Position numbers and translations under genes: made by a program. DNA of 64,000 bases. It comes from an uncultured Melioribacter sp. (GTDB taxonomy: Bacteria > Bacteroidota > Ignavibacteria > Kapaibacteriales > Kapaibacteriaceae). The stretch spans positions 28,170 to 92,169 of the forward strand of contig CAZAGH010000004.1 in NCBI GenBank assembly GCA_964484755.1. Reading direction: 5' to 3'. The notes beneath the pieces were generated by a model. That model was not told the DNA's origin. It was given only the letters and a program-made list of their open reading frames with translations, and searched no databases. Below, piece by piece: positions 56,039-64,000 of the stretch (position 1 is its first letter; each line of letters opens with the position of its first letter).

Positions 56039-56887
56039 ATGCGTGCTATTTTTGGACCGATGACTACTCCCGCTCAAGACCCCGTAGTGCGATCAGAGCA
56101 GATGGACCTGCTCCCACGCACAAAGCGAAACATTCGCATGCAATACAGATTAGCGCAACACACGCTGATCCCATGGCTGGAACAACTCAATGTTCTACCT
56201 GCCCACGCTCGTGTTTGCGAGATTGGATGCGCTGAAGGGGGCGTGTTGGCAGCATTCGCAGATTATGGTGCGTCGTACTCACTGGGTACCGATATCCAAG
56301 AACCTCTTCTGCGTCTAGTGAGTACACCAGTGTGGAATGATCTTGGGTATAACATCACGTTTACACAGCATGACGTGATCTACGACAGCATTCCTTTAGA
56401 ATGGCAGCAGCGATTTGATGTGGTGTTGCTACGTGACGTGATTGAACATCTCGACGATCCTGGTATTGCGCTGAAGAACATCGCACGTATCATGAAGCCA
56501 GGTGGAGTTGTTGTTGTAACGTTTCCTCCGTACACGTCGCCCTTCGGCGGACACCAGCAATTACTCGGCACAAAACTTGGCGGCTTGCCATTTGTTCACT
56601 TGCTGCCGTGGAGCATCTTCGGCGCGATGGTACGCAAGGGCGATCCCGTGAATCAGGAAGAAGTAGAACGACTTCACAAGATCCGCTGCTCAGCTCAAGG
56701 CGTCATAAATGCTGCAGGCCGTGCTGGAATGCAGGTTCTTGATCAACGCTACTTTGGACTGCGCCCAGTGTTTCGTTGGAAGTATGAACGGTCGATCCCA
56801 AGTATTGAACTTGGTGCCCTTGCAGCCATTCCGGGTATGAAGGCAATTGCCATGGAGGCAGCATTTGTGCTGCAGTTGCCCAAATGA
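56039..56887 (+). CDS. class I SAM-dependent methyltransferase
   Basis: ORF 56000..56887. Motif I 'VCEIGCAEGGVLAAF', 'VVLLRDVIEHLDDP', 'MKPGGVVVVTFP'. The start is uncertain (56039 or 56060). The 56000 start would overlap the divergent GT2 start. Confidence 0.8.
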   Translation: MRAIFGPMTTPAQDPVVRSEQMDLLPRTKRNIRMQYRLAQHTLIPWLEQLNVLPAHARVCEIGCAEGGVLAAFADYGASYSLGTDIQEPLLRLVSTPVWNDLGYNITFTQHDVIYDSIPLEWQQRFDVVLLRDVIEHLDDPGIALKNIARIMKPGGVVVVTFPPYTSPFGGHQQLLGTKLGGLPFVHLLPWSIFGAMVRKGDPVNQEEVERLHKIRCSAQGVINAAGRAGMQVLDQRYFGLRPVFRWKYERSIPSIELGALAAIPGMKAIAMEAAFVLQLPK

Positions 56888-58194
56888 AGACCGTTCTCAT
56901 CATCGCCTATCACTTCCCGCCAGGGGGCGGACCCGGCGTGCAGCGTGTGCTCAAGCACGTGACGTACCTGCGTGAGGCAGGGTGGCGTCCGATTGTGATG
57001 ACGGTTGAAAATGGCGACTTTCCTGCACGCGATGAATCGCTACTGTCGAAGATCCCTCCAGATGTTACCGTAGTGCGTGTACCTATCATCGAGCCGTACA
57101 CATTGTACCGGAAGTTCATGGGTGCCAAAGGTGCTGCGATCGACGTGAACGTAAACAAATCCAGCGATCAACGATCAGGATGGAAGGAACGTCTTGCAGA
57201 GTTCATTCGCGCAACGTTTTTCATCCCGGATGCACGTGTGGGCTGGCTTCTTACAGCCGTCAAGCGTGGTGTTGAACTCTGCAGTGAATACAATGTCGAT
57301 GCCATCTACAGCTCGGCACCGCCGTACACATGCGCGCTTATCGCACGATCCATAAAACGCAAAACCAAGCTGCCGTGGGTTGCAGGGTTTCGCGATCCGT
57401 GGACAGACTTTCTGACCACGCCCGACAGATGGTTTCTTCCAGCTGCCATCGACCGAGCCCTTGAACGCTCTGTGTTCAACGAGGCCGATGCCGTCGAATG
57501 CGCCTGGACGGGAATAGCAGATGATGCATTCAAGAAATATCCAACGCTCGATCGTTCGAAGTTCTATCACGTCCCCAATGGCTTTGACTCATCAGATTTC
57601 CCAAAGGTCGAATACCGGCGTAACGAGCGTTTTACAATCACATACACCGGCTCCATGTACGGACGCCGCACCCCAAGGGCCTTTCTAGAAGCGCTGGCGC
57701 GTTTGAATGATAAAGGGCTGGTATCACCCCAAGATGTCCATTTACGCTTCGTAGGACGGTTTGGCGACGAAATACATGCCATGATGGATGCGTCTGTGTT
57801 CGCCCCCTCGATTGAACGGATATCCTACGTTCCGCACGAGGAAAGTGTTGGCTACCTCATGCGGTCGGAGGCCTCGCTGTTGATCGTTGACGATACCAAG
57901 GAGAGTGCTGAGATCGTCCCCGGAAAGGTATACGAGTATCTTGGTGTCGGACGTCCTGTGATTGCCCTTGCTCCACGAGGTAGCGCCATAGCACGTCTGC
58001 TTGACGAAACGCAGGCAGGCCGCAGTGCACCGCTTGATGATATTGAAGGCATTGCTGATATCATCGGCACGTTTATTGACAGGTGGAAGAACGGCCTAGA
58101 ATGCACAACGCCGCTACATAATGCGATCTCGAACTACGAACGAAAAGAGTCGGCAAAGGAATTAGCCCGCATACTCACGAAAGTCTCAACATGA
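56884..58194 (+). CDS. GT-B fold glycosyltransferase (GT4-like)
   Basis: 436 aa. ATGA overlap with the methyltransferase stop. 'MKTVLIIAYHFPPGGGPGVQRV' N-terminus. C-terminal nucleotide-sugar block 'ESAEIVPGKVYEYLGVGRPVIAL'. Confidence 0.75.
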   Translation: MKTVLIIAYHFPPGGGPGVQRVLKHVTYLREAGWRPIVMTVENGDFPARDESLLSKIPPDVTVVRVPIIEPYTLYRKFMGAKGAAIDVNVNKSSDQRSGWKERLAEFIRATFFIPDARVGWLLTAVKRGVELCSEYNVDAIYSSAPPYTCALIARSIKRKTKLPWVAGFRDPWTDFLTTPDRWFLPAAIDRALERSVFNEADAVECAWTGIADDAFKKYPTLDRSKFYHVPNGFDSSDFPKVEYRRNERFTITYTGSMYGRRTPRAFLEALARLNDKGLVSPQDVHLRFVGRFGDEIHAMMDASVFAPSIERISYVPHEESVGYLMRSEASLLIVDDTKESAEIVPGKVYEYLGVGRPVIALAPRGSAIARLLDETQAGRSAPLDDIEGIADIIGTFIDRWKNGLECTTPLHNAISNYERKESAKELARILTKVST

Positions 58195-58382
58195 AACTTC
58201 TGAAGACCATTCTGATCGCTATGCTGGCGATCATCGCCGCTGTTGTGGTTTGGAACATTCTCGCCTTCATCATCGGCGTGGCTTTCAAAGTCACATTCTT
58301 CTTGCTAAAGGTATTTATCATCGGAATCATTGCACTGCCATTCTTTCTGTACCTGCGTCATAAACTTCTGTCATCGAAATGA
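58191..58382 (+). CDS. small hydrophobic membrane protein (63 aa, two TM segments)
   Basis: 'MKLLKTILIAMLAIIAAVVVWNILAFIIGVAFKVTFFLLKVFIIGIIALPFFLYLRHK'. ATGA overlaps on both flanks, which implies translational coupling. Confidence 0.6.
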   Translation: MKLLKTILIAMLAIIAAVVVWNILAFIIGVAFKVTFFLLKVFIIGIIALPFFLYLRHKLLSSK

Positions 58383-59695
58383 TACACCGTCTTCTCACTC
58401 TCGCTGTGTTCGCAACTGCTGCTGCGGTGCTTTATGCGCAGCCTAAGTACAACCCGCTTGCGGTTGATCTTACGCGCGTGATCCTCAAGGATGTTTTTGA
58501 GAGCAACGCCGTGCCGTTTGTGCAGCCAATGGTCAACACCATCAATGCCACGTCGAATGCCCGTTTTTACAGTAGTGCCTACGTTCCAAAGAAGGTCAAG
58601 AAGGCCTATGTACGGATCAGTGTCAACGGTATGGCAGGATTAATCAACGAGGATCTAAAGTGGTATACGCCAAGTCTTGATCTTGGTCCGCGAGAGGATG
58701 TTGCAACGGGGCTTGCCCGCTATGGTACCTTTAAGCTCGTGGACGGACGTCCAACGTATGTGATAGGCGGCACCTATTCCGATACACTCGGGCTATCAAC
58801 ACTGCTGATGAAAGAACTTCTTCGAGACGCTCAGACTGAAGGCTACTTCGGAATTCCCGAGCGTGCAGCCTCTCTTTTCGGGTATGCGCCAGGTAATGCA
58901 GTGGTGCTGCCAACGAAGGGTGATATCACAACGGTTCTGCAAAAGCGTCCAGAGTATCTCCTGCTCGACTCCGCCGGACGTGCCGGCATCGACGCATTGT
59001 TTCAGACGTTGTCCTTGCCCCCTGCCTTGACCCTTCCACCAGGTGCGAACTTATCCCGCTTGATAGCCGCAGTTCCCCAGATTGAGATTGGTTCAATCCT
59101 CGGCACTGAACTGCTTGTGCGATTCATTCCACCACTCGAGCTCGATACGAATGTTGGTGACTTTGCATTCTACGGTGTTGGTCTTCGACACAGCATCTCG
59201 CAGTACTTCCCGGAGCGTTGGTTCGACTGCTCAATTCAGGGTGTGTATCAGCACACAACACTTACAAACACGATTGGTCTTACGGAGTCAAAGCTCTCAG
59301 CAACGGCCAACATCATGAGTGCGAATCTCCAGATTGGTAAGCAGCTTGGACGTTACGTGGATGTATACGGCGGAGCCTCGTATGAGCACATCGATGTCAC
59401 ATCCACCTATACCTACACGCTTCCGCAGGAGACGCAGATTCAGCTTGGGTTGCTTCCCGAGCCCCCTCTTGGAGAAAAGGCAGTCCCAACTCCCGATCAG
59501 CCTGGTGATCAGCGTCCGCAGACATCGACCGTGCTTGCAGAGAACATCAATCTCAAGTACACAATTGGTATCAGTGCACACTATGGTCCGTGGCGCGCTG
59601 CGCTGGATATGAACTTCAGCAACTTCAACATCGCTTCGCTTGGCATCGCGTATACGATCAATCAGCCAGACGAATACGTTGACCCGAACGAGTGA
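58379..59695 (+). CDS. exported protein, probable outer-membrane beta-barrel
   Basis: 438 aa. Signal peptide 'MIHRLLTLAVFATAAAVLYA|Q'. The C-terminal half has amphipathic strands: 'FAFYGVGLRHS', 'CSIQGVYQHT', 'VDVYGGASYEH', 'YTIGISAHYGPWRAALDMNF', 'LGIAYTI'. Confidence 0.5.
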   Translation: MIHRLLTLAVFATAAAVLYAQPKYNPLAVDLTRVILKDVFESNAVPFVQPMVNTINATSNARFYSSAYVPKKVKKAYVRISVNGMAGLINEDLKWYTPSLDLGPREDVATGLARYGTFKLVDGRPTYVIGGTYSDTLGLSTLLMKELLRDAQTEGYFGIPERAASLFGYAPGNAVVLPTKGDITTVLQKRPEYLLLDSAGRAGIDALFQTLSLPPALTLPPGANLSRLIAAVPQIEIGSILGTELLVRFIPPLELDTNVGDFAFYGVGLRHSISQYFPERWFDCSIQGVYQHTTLTNTIGLTESKLSATANIMSANLQIGKQLGRYVDVYGGASYEHIDVTSTYTYTLPQETQIQLGLLPEPPLGEKAVPTPDQPGDQRPQTSTVLAENINLKYTIGISAHYGPWRAALDMNFSNFNIASLGIAYTINQPDEYVDPNE

Positions 59696-60542
59696 CCTGC
59701 TGGGCCCTTTCGAGTGCCTGCAGGATTGCTTCAAACCAATCACGCTCATCGCTAGAGTGCTCACCTAACACACGTGTGCAGAGAGCACGGACAGTGGTAG
59801 TGCATCCTGCGTCGATCCCGCGTAGCGCCTCGATGATACGTCCGCGCCAGAGCCGTTGCGGTTCGCCCCGAAAGGCGGGCTCAATCGACTTCTTTCGCTC
59901 TCCTGGCTGCATCACAAATGCAGACGGACAAAGATCAGACAGGGGGCATACATTACATGCTGGCTTCCGAGCTGTACAGATCGTTGCGCCAAGGTCCATC
60001 ACGGCATGATGCCACTGCGATGACCGACGTTCAGGAATAACGCGCAGCGCGAACTCATGCAGCACATCGTCATGCTCAACATCTAGCGTTGTTATTTGTC
60101 GAGACACGAGTCGTGAATAAACGCGCCGCACGTTCACATCGAGCACCACGACACGCTTGTTGTAGGCAAAACATGCAATAGCAGCCGATGTGTAGGGTCC
60201 AACGCCAGGAAGCTTGCGAAGTTCGTCGGGGTCGGATGGTATAATACCTTCGTGTAGGTCAACGATTGCCTTGGCCGCATCACGCAGACGCAGGGCGCGG
60301 GAGTTGTATCCCATACCCTGCCACTGACGCAGCATTGTGCCGTTGGAGGCTTGTGCCAAATGATAGACGCTCGGAAACACCTCGAGAAACGTCGGCAGAC
60401 GTTCAGCAACGCGCGATGCTTGTGTCTGCTGCAGCATGGTCTCGGAGATTAACACCACATACGGGTCGATACGCGATACTCGCCACGGAAAGGGGCGGGC
60501 ATTGTGTTTGTACCAATCAAGCAGTGTTTGTGTCAGTTCCAT
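59658..60542 (-). CDS. mutY: HhH-GPD / 4Fe-4S adenine DNA glycosylase (MutY-like, short form)
   Basis: ORF 59658..60629. The start is moved to 'MELTQTLLDWYKHNARPFPWR' (60542). 'ISETMLQQTQ'. HhH 'LRKLPGVGPYTSAAIACFAY'. 'VLDVNVRRV'. Cluster 'CTARKPACNVCPLSDLC'. Only about 87 aa follow the cluster. Confidence 0.8.
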   Translation of the reverse strand: MELTQTLLDWYKHNARPFPWRVSRIDPYVVLISETMLQQTQASRVAERLPTFLEVFPSVYHLAQASNGTMLRQWQGMGYNSRALRLRDAAKAIVDLHEGIIPSDPDELRKLPGVGPYTSAAIACFAYNKRVVVLDVNVRRVYSRLVSRQITTLDVEHDDVLHEFALRVIPERRSSQWHHAVMDLGATICTARKPACNVCPLSDLCPSAFVMQPGERKKSIEPAFRGEPQRLWRGRIIEALRGIDAGCTTTVRALCTRVLGEHSSDERDWFEAILQALERAQQVTRSGQRIRLAD

Positions 60543-60561
60543 ACAGTAGATTCGAAGCCAC

Positions 60562-60972
60562 ATGCAGCATACAACGTCACACGATCTGATCGAGCGCGCG
60601 ATAGCAGAAGCTATGCGAGTACGACTCAACGCCTATGCCCCCTACTCGAAGTTCCTTGTAGGTGCTGTGCTTGTTGACACAGACGGCAACATGTACGCAG
60701 GCTGCAATGTAGAGAACGCAAGTTACGGTCTCACAAACTGCGCCGAACGTGCTGCAGTTGCAGCAGCCACAGTTGCGGGCAGACGAGACATCGTCCTCTG
60801 CGTTGTGGTCACGGATACACCGCGAGCTGCTTCGCCGTGCGGTGCATGCAGGCAGGTCTTATCAGAGTGCAACCCAACTATGCAGGTTCTGTGTACGACG
60901 CCGCATCGGGATGATCACTGGTCGTCTCTCGACGAACTTCTTCCCCGCGCATTTGGTCCGAACGATCTCTAA
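60562..60972 (+). CDS. cdd: cytidine deaminase
   Basis: 136 aa. 'AYAPYSKFLVGAVL', zinc ligands 'CAERAAV' and 'PCGACRQVLSE'. Confidence 0.9.
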   Translation: MQHTTSHDLIERAIAEAMRVRLNAYAPYSKFLVGAVLVDTDGNMYAGCNVENASYGLTNCAERAAVAAATVAGRRDIVLCVVVTDTPRAASPCGACRQVLSECNPTMQVLCTTPHRDDHWSSLDELLPRAFGPNDL

Positions 60973-60987
60973 CCAACGGTTCTCACT

Positions 60988-62244
60988 ATGGCGATTGCAG
61001 CAAACAACAACGGCAAGGCGGCATCCGTATGGCTTACGGTGCTGGTCTGTGGCTTGGGGTACTTTGTTGATATCTATGATCTGATCTTGTTCAGCATTGT
61101 GCGACCAACCTCGCTGCGCGACATCGGTCTGGCAACTCCAGAACAGATCATGAATGCCAGCGAGTACATCCTTAACGCCCAGATGATCGGCATGCTCATT
61201 GGTGGCATCATCTTCGGCATCTTGGCAGATAAGCGTGGACGTCTTTCGGTGCTACTTGGCAGCATCTTGATGTATTCGCTCATGAACATCGTGAATGCCT
61301 TTGTAACCACCGTAGACATGTATGCCATGTGTCGGTTCTTCTCGGGTATTGGTCTGGCGGGAGAACTCGGTGTGGCAATCACGCTGGTGGCAGAGGTTAT
61401 GCCCAAGGAGACCCGTGGTATCGGGACCACGTTTGTGGCATCACTGGGTGTTCTTGGTGCGGTAGGTGCATACTTGGTTCATGAAATGACAGACTGGCGA
61501 GTGGCCTTTGTGATAGGTGGCGTCTTAGGCTTAGCACTTCTGGCTCTTCGCGTTGGTGTGCGTGAATCCACGATGTTCCATGCGCTTAACGAAAAAGCCG
61601 CCGCTCGGGGCAACTTCTTCATGCTTCTCAAACCGGAGCGTCTTCCACGATACATCAGCTCGATCTTGATCGGCCTGCCGGTATGGTTCGTGATCGGAAT
61701 CCTGGTAACGTTTTCTCCGGAGTTTACCAAGGAGCTAGGGGGCTCGCTGGACGTCAAAGCAGGCCAGGCCGTCATGTGGGCCTATGTTGGAATGGCAGCG
61801 GGAGATCTCGGAAGCGGTTTGCTGAGTCAGTATCTCAAGAGTAGACGGAAAACCGTACTCATCTTTATCACTCTCTGCGTTGGTATGTCGGCGTGGTTTC
61901 TATTCAGCCCGTCACGAACGACAACGGAGACCTACCTGCACACTGGACTCTTAGGCTTTGCTGCTGGTTTCTGGGCTGTGTTCGTGACCACGGCCGCTGA
62001 GCAGTTTGGAACGAACCTGCGCGCTACCGTCGCGACAACAGCCCCCAACTTTGTACGGGGCGCAATGTTCCCTGCGCTTGTAGCATTAAATGCTCTTCGG
62101 CACAGTGCCGCCCCCCTCATCGAGGGACGTCCACTCGTGTCTGCTGCCCTCATCGTGGGCGGCGTGATGCTTCTACTTGCCTTCATCGGCTGGGCAACAC
62201 TGAAAGAGACCTACGGAAAAGATCTCGATTACATTGAAACATAA
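60988..62244 (+). CDS. MFS transporter
   Basis: 418 aa with about 12 hydrophobic segments. The TM2-TM3 loop has signature '[10 protein letters not shown]'. Confidence 0.85.
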   Translation: MAIAANNNGKAASVWLTVLVCGLGYFVDIYDLILFSIVRPTSLRDIGLATPEQIMNASEYILNAQMIGMLIGGIIFGILADKRGRLSVLLGSILMYSLMNIVNAFVTTVDMYAMCRFFSGIGLAGELGVAITLVAEVMPKETRGIGTTFVASLGVLGAVGAYLVHEMTDWRVAFVIGGVLGLALLALRVGVRESTMFHALNEKAAARGNFFMLLKPERLPRYISSILIGLPVWFVIGILVTFSPEFTKELGGSLDVKAGQAVMWAYVGMAAGDLGSGLLSQYLKSRRKTVLIFITLCVGMSAWFLFSPSRTTTETYLHTGLLGFAAGFWAVFVTTAAEQFGTNLRATVATTAPNFVRGAMFPALVALNALRHSAAPLIEGRPLVSAALIVGGVMLLLAFIGWATLKETYGKDLDYIET

Positions 62245-62288
62245 GCCCCCTTACAATTGCCTCGACATTGCTTGGTAGTTTTGCGTCC

Positions 62289-63830
62289 ATGACGCACAAC
62301 GAGCGAATTGTAATTCTCGATTTTGGATCGCAATACACGCAGATCATTGCACGCAAAGTGCGTGAAGTAGGTGTGTATGCAGAGATCCACCCCTACAGCA
62401 TTTCTCACGAGGCTCTTACAGCACTTGCGCCAAAGGGTATCATTCTCTCTGGTGGACCTTCCAGCGTGTACGCTGATGGTGCTCCGATACCGAGCGTTGA
62501 TGTCTTTTCATTTGGCGTGCCTGTGCTTGGTATCTGCTATGGTCTACAGCTGATTGCCTTTCAGTTAGGGGGCTCAGTAGACAAAGCCGCACGCCGTGAG
62601 TTTGGACGTGCCATGCTGCAGATCGACGATACATCGGACCTCTTTGCCGGCCTTGGCAACGAGACGCAGGTATGGATGAGTCATGGCGACCATTGCACAG
62701 CAATCCCCGCTGGCTTTGAACGTATTGGACATACCGAGAACGCTGAGATCTGCGCTGTGCGCAATGTCGAGCGCAAGATCTGGGGCGTGCAGTTCCACCC
62801 CGAAGTGCATCACAGCACCGAGGGTAAGACCATCCTCAAGAACTTCGTTGTCAATATCTGTGGATGCGCCGCTACGTGGAATGCATCGTCGTTCATCGAC
62901 AACGCCGTACGTGAGATTCGTGAACGTGTTGGTAATGGCGGAGTGATCTGTGCGCTCAGTGGCGGTGTTGATTCAACCGTTGCCGCAGTTCTGCTTCACA
63001 AGGCCATCGGTGATCAGCTTCATTGCATCCATATCGATAGCGGCTTGATGCGCAAGGGCGAGAGCGCGAATATCATCGAGATGTTCAAGACGCACTTCAG
63101 CATGAGTGTTGACCTTGTCAATGGAAGCGAGGCATTCCTCTCGCGACTTGAAGGCGTGAGCGATCCAGAGAAGAAGCGCAAGATCATCGGAAATACGTTC
63201 ATCGATCTCTTCGATATCGAAGCAGAGAAGTTCTCTGAAGCGAAGTTCTTGGCGCAGGGTACGCTCTATCCAGACGTTATCGAATCGGTAAGCATCAAGG
63301 GTCCGTCTGCTACCATCAAGACCCACCACAACGTAGGGGGCCTGCCAGAGAAGATGAATCTGCAGCTTATTGAGCCGTTTCGCGAACTCTTCAAAGACGA
63401 AGTGCGCCGGGTTGGACGCGAGCTGGGCATCCCCGAGTGGTTCATTGAACGTCACCCATTCCCGGGTCCGGGTCTTGCTATTCGTATCCCGGGTGCCATC
63501 ACACGTGAGAAGCTCGATATTCTGCGCGAGGCCGACGAAATTTATCTCGAAGAGATTCGCAAGGCCGGACTCTACAACGACATCTGGCAGGCATTTGCCG
63601 TGCTGTTGCCGGTGCAAACCGTAGGGGTAATGGGAGACGAACGCACGTATGAACACGTCTGTGGTGTTCGTGCTGTAACAAGCACCGATGGTATGACGGC
63701 CGACTGGTATCACATGCCCTACGACGTGCTTGCACGCATCAGTAATCGCATCATCAACGAAGTACGCGGCATCAATCGTGTTGTGTACGACATATCCTCA
63801 AAGCCCCCTGCAACGATAGAATGGGAGTAA
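62289..63830 (+). CDS. guaA: glutamine-hydrolysing GMP synthase
   Basis: ORF 62268..63830, ATG at 62289. '[20 protein letters not shown]', GATase Cys 'GICYGLQL', 'HPEVHHS', PP-loop '[10 protein letters not shown]', C-terminal 'KPPATIEWE'. Confidence 0.96.
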   Translation: MTHNERIVILDFGSQYTQIIARKVREVGVYAEIHPYSISHEALTALAPKGIILSGGPSSVYADGAPIPSVDVFSFGVPVLGICYGLQLIAFQLGGSVDKAARREFGRAMLQIDDTSDLFAGLGNETQVWMSHGDHCTAIPAGFERIGHTENAEICAVRNVERKIWGVQFHPEVHHSTEGKTILKNFVVNICGCAATWNASSFIDNAVREIRERVGNGGVICALSGGVDSTVAAVLLHKAIGDQLHCIHIDSGLMRKGESANIIEMFKTHFSMSVDLVNGSEAFLSRLEGVSDPEKKRKIIGNTFIDLFDIEAEKFSEAKFLAQGTLYPDVIESVSIKGPSATIKTHHNVGGLPEKMNLQLIEPFRELFKDEVRRVGRELGIPEWFIERHPFPGPGLAIRIPGAITREKLDILREADEIYLEEIRKAGLYNDIWQAFAVLLPVQTVGVMGDERTYEHVCGVRAVTSTDGMTADWYHMPYDVLARISNRIINEVRGINRVVYDISSKPPATIEWE

Positions 63831-63833
63831 CCA

Positions 63834-64000
63834 ATGGACGGACTGCAACTGCACTTGCTCACGAACCATTTGCCAATCATTGGTACGATGGCTGCACTCT
63901 TGGTTGTCATACTTGGGATGTTGCGAAAGAATGATGGCGCGATCACAGCCGGACTCATCATCTATGTTGTGATGGCTGTAGCTGTCGTGCCTGCATATCT
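63834..64000 (+). CDS. membrane protein, N-terminal fragment (continues beyond the window)
   Basis: Manual translation gives MDGLQLHLLTNHLPIIGTMAALLVVILGMLRKNDGAITAGLIIYVVMAVAVVPAY... It contains two hydrophobic helices and begins 4 nt after the guaA stop. It is absent from the ORF track because it is truncated. Confidence 0.5.
   Translation, partial: MDGLQLHLLTNHLPIIGTMAALLVVILGMLRKNDGAITAGLIIYVVMAVAVVPAY

Noticed and set aside
1-64000. Searched by eye for CRISPR arrays, tRNA, rRNA, tmRNA, SRP RNA or RNase P RNA, IS elements, integrases, prophage or defence-island content, and BGC enzymes.
   Set aside because: I saw no regularly spaced direct repeats, no tRNA-like T-arm/acceptor sequences in the intergenic regions, and no transposase, integrase, helicase-nuclease, PKS or NRPS signatures. 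The window looks like core chromosome with envelope loci. An Infernal/tRNAscan run would be needed to exclude small RNAs formally.

Overview
A 64-kb chromosomal segment of intermediate GC by eye. I found no rRNA, tRNA, CRISPR array, transposase, integrase or phage gene. I call about 50 CDS.

Lineage (inference only): many exported proteins end in type-A T9SS C-terminal sorting domains, and about 10 signal peptides follow the 'A|Q' rule. This points to the Fibrobacteres-Chlorobi-Bacteroidetes group. Strong Shine-Dalgarno sites (GGAGG, GAGGAG, AAGGAG) precede many starts, which argues for a non-Bacteroidia lineage (Ignavibacteria-, Kapabacteria- or Chlorobi-like).

Housekeeping genes: birA (partial), mnmE, mnmG, serS, rarA, gatB, ilvE, a mutY-like gene, cdd, guaA, M42 and M16 peptidases, an aminotransferase and an MFS transporter.

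Metabolism: a fused isobutyryl-CoA mutase (IcmF) is split into two genes by an intercalated DUF4397 lipoprotein gene. It sits next to ilvE and a fused E1 alpha/beta 2-oxoacid dehydrogenase.

Envelope and secretome:
- two arylsulfotransferase-family beta-propeller paralogs flanking serS
- a tightly coupled module of OMP, two lipoproteins and a periplasmic ankyrin protein
- an NYN-cold-shock fusion protein
- a lipoprotein glutaminyl cyclase
- an orphan 1036-aa Cys-rich exported protein
- a glycosyltransferase/methyltransferase/OMP island

The most unusual locus is 38.6-52.9 kb. Five consecutive T9SS-sorted proteins lie here. They include a 2344-aa Pmp-repeat beta-helix adhesin and three proteins with cohesin-like modules, one of which also has dockerin-like loops. 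The three largest have a strongly biased CGT/GGT codon usage. I propose this as a candidate self-assembling surface complex.

All functional calls rest on motif recognition by eye. No database search was possible.
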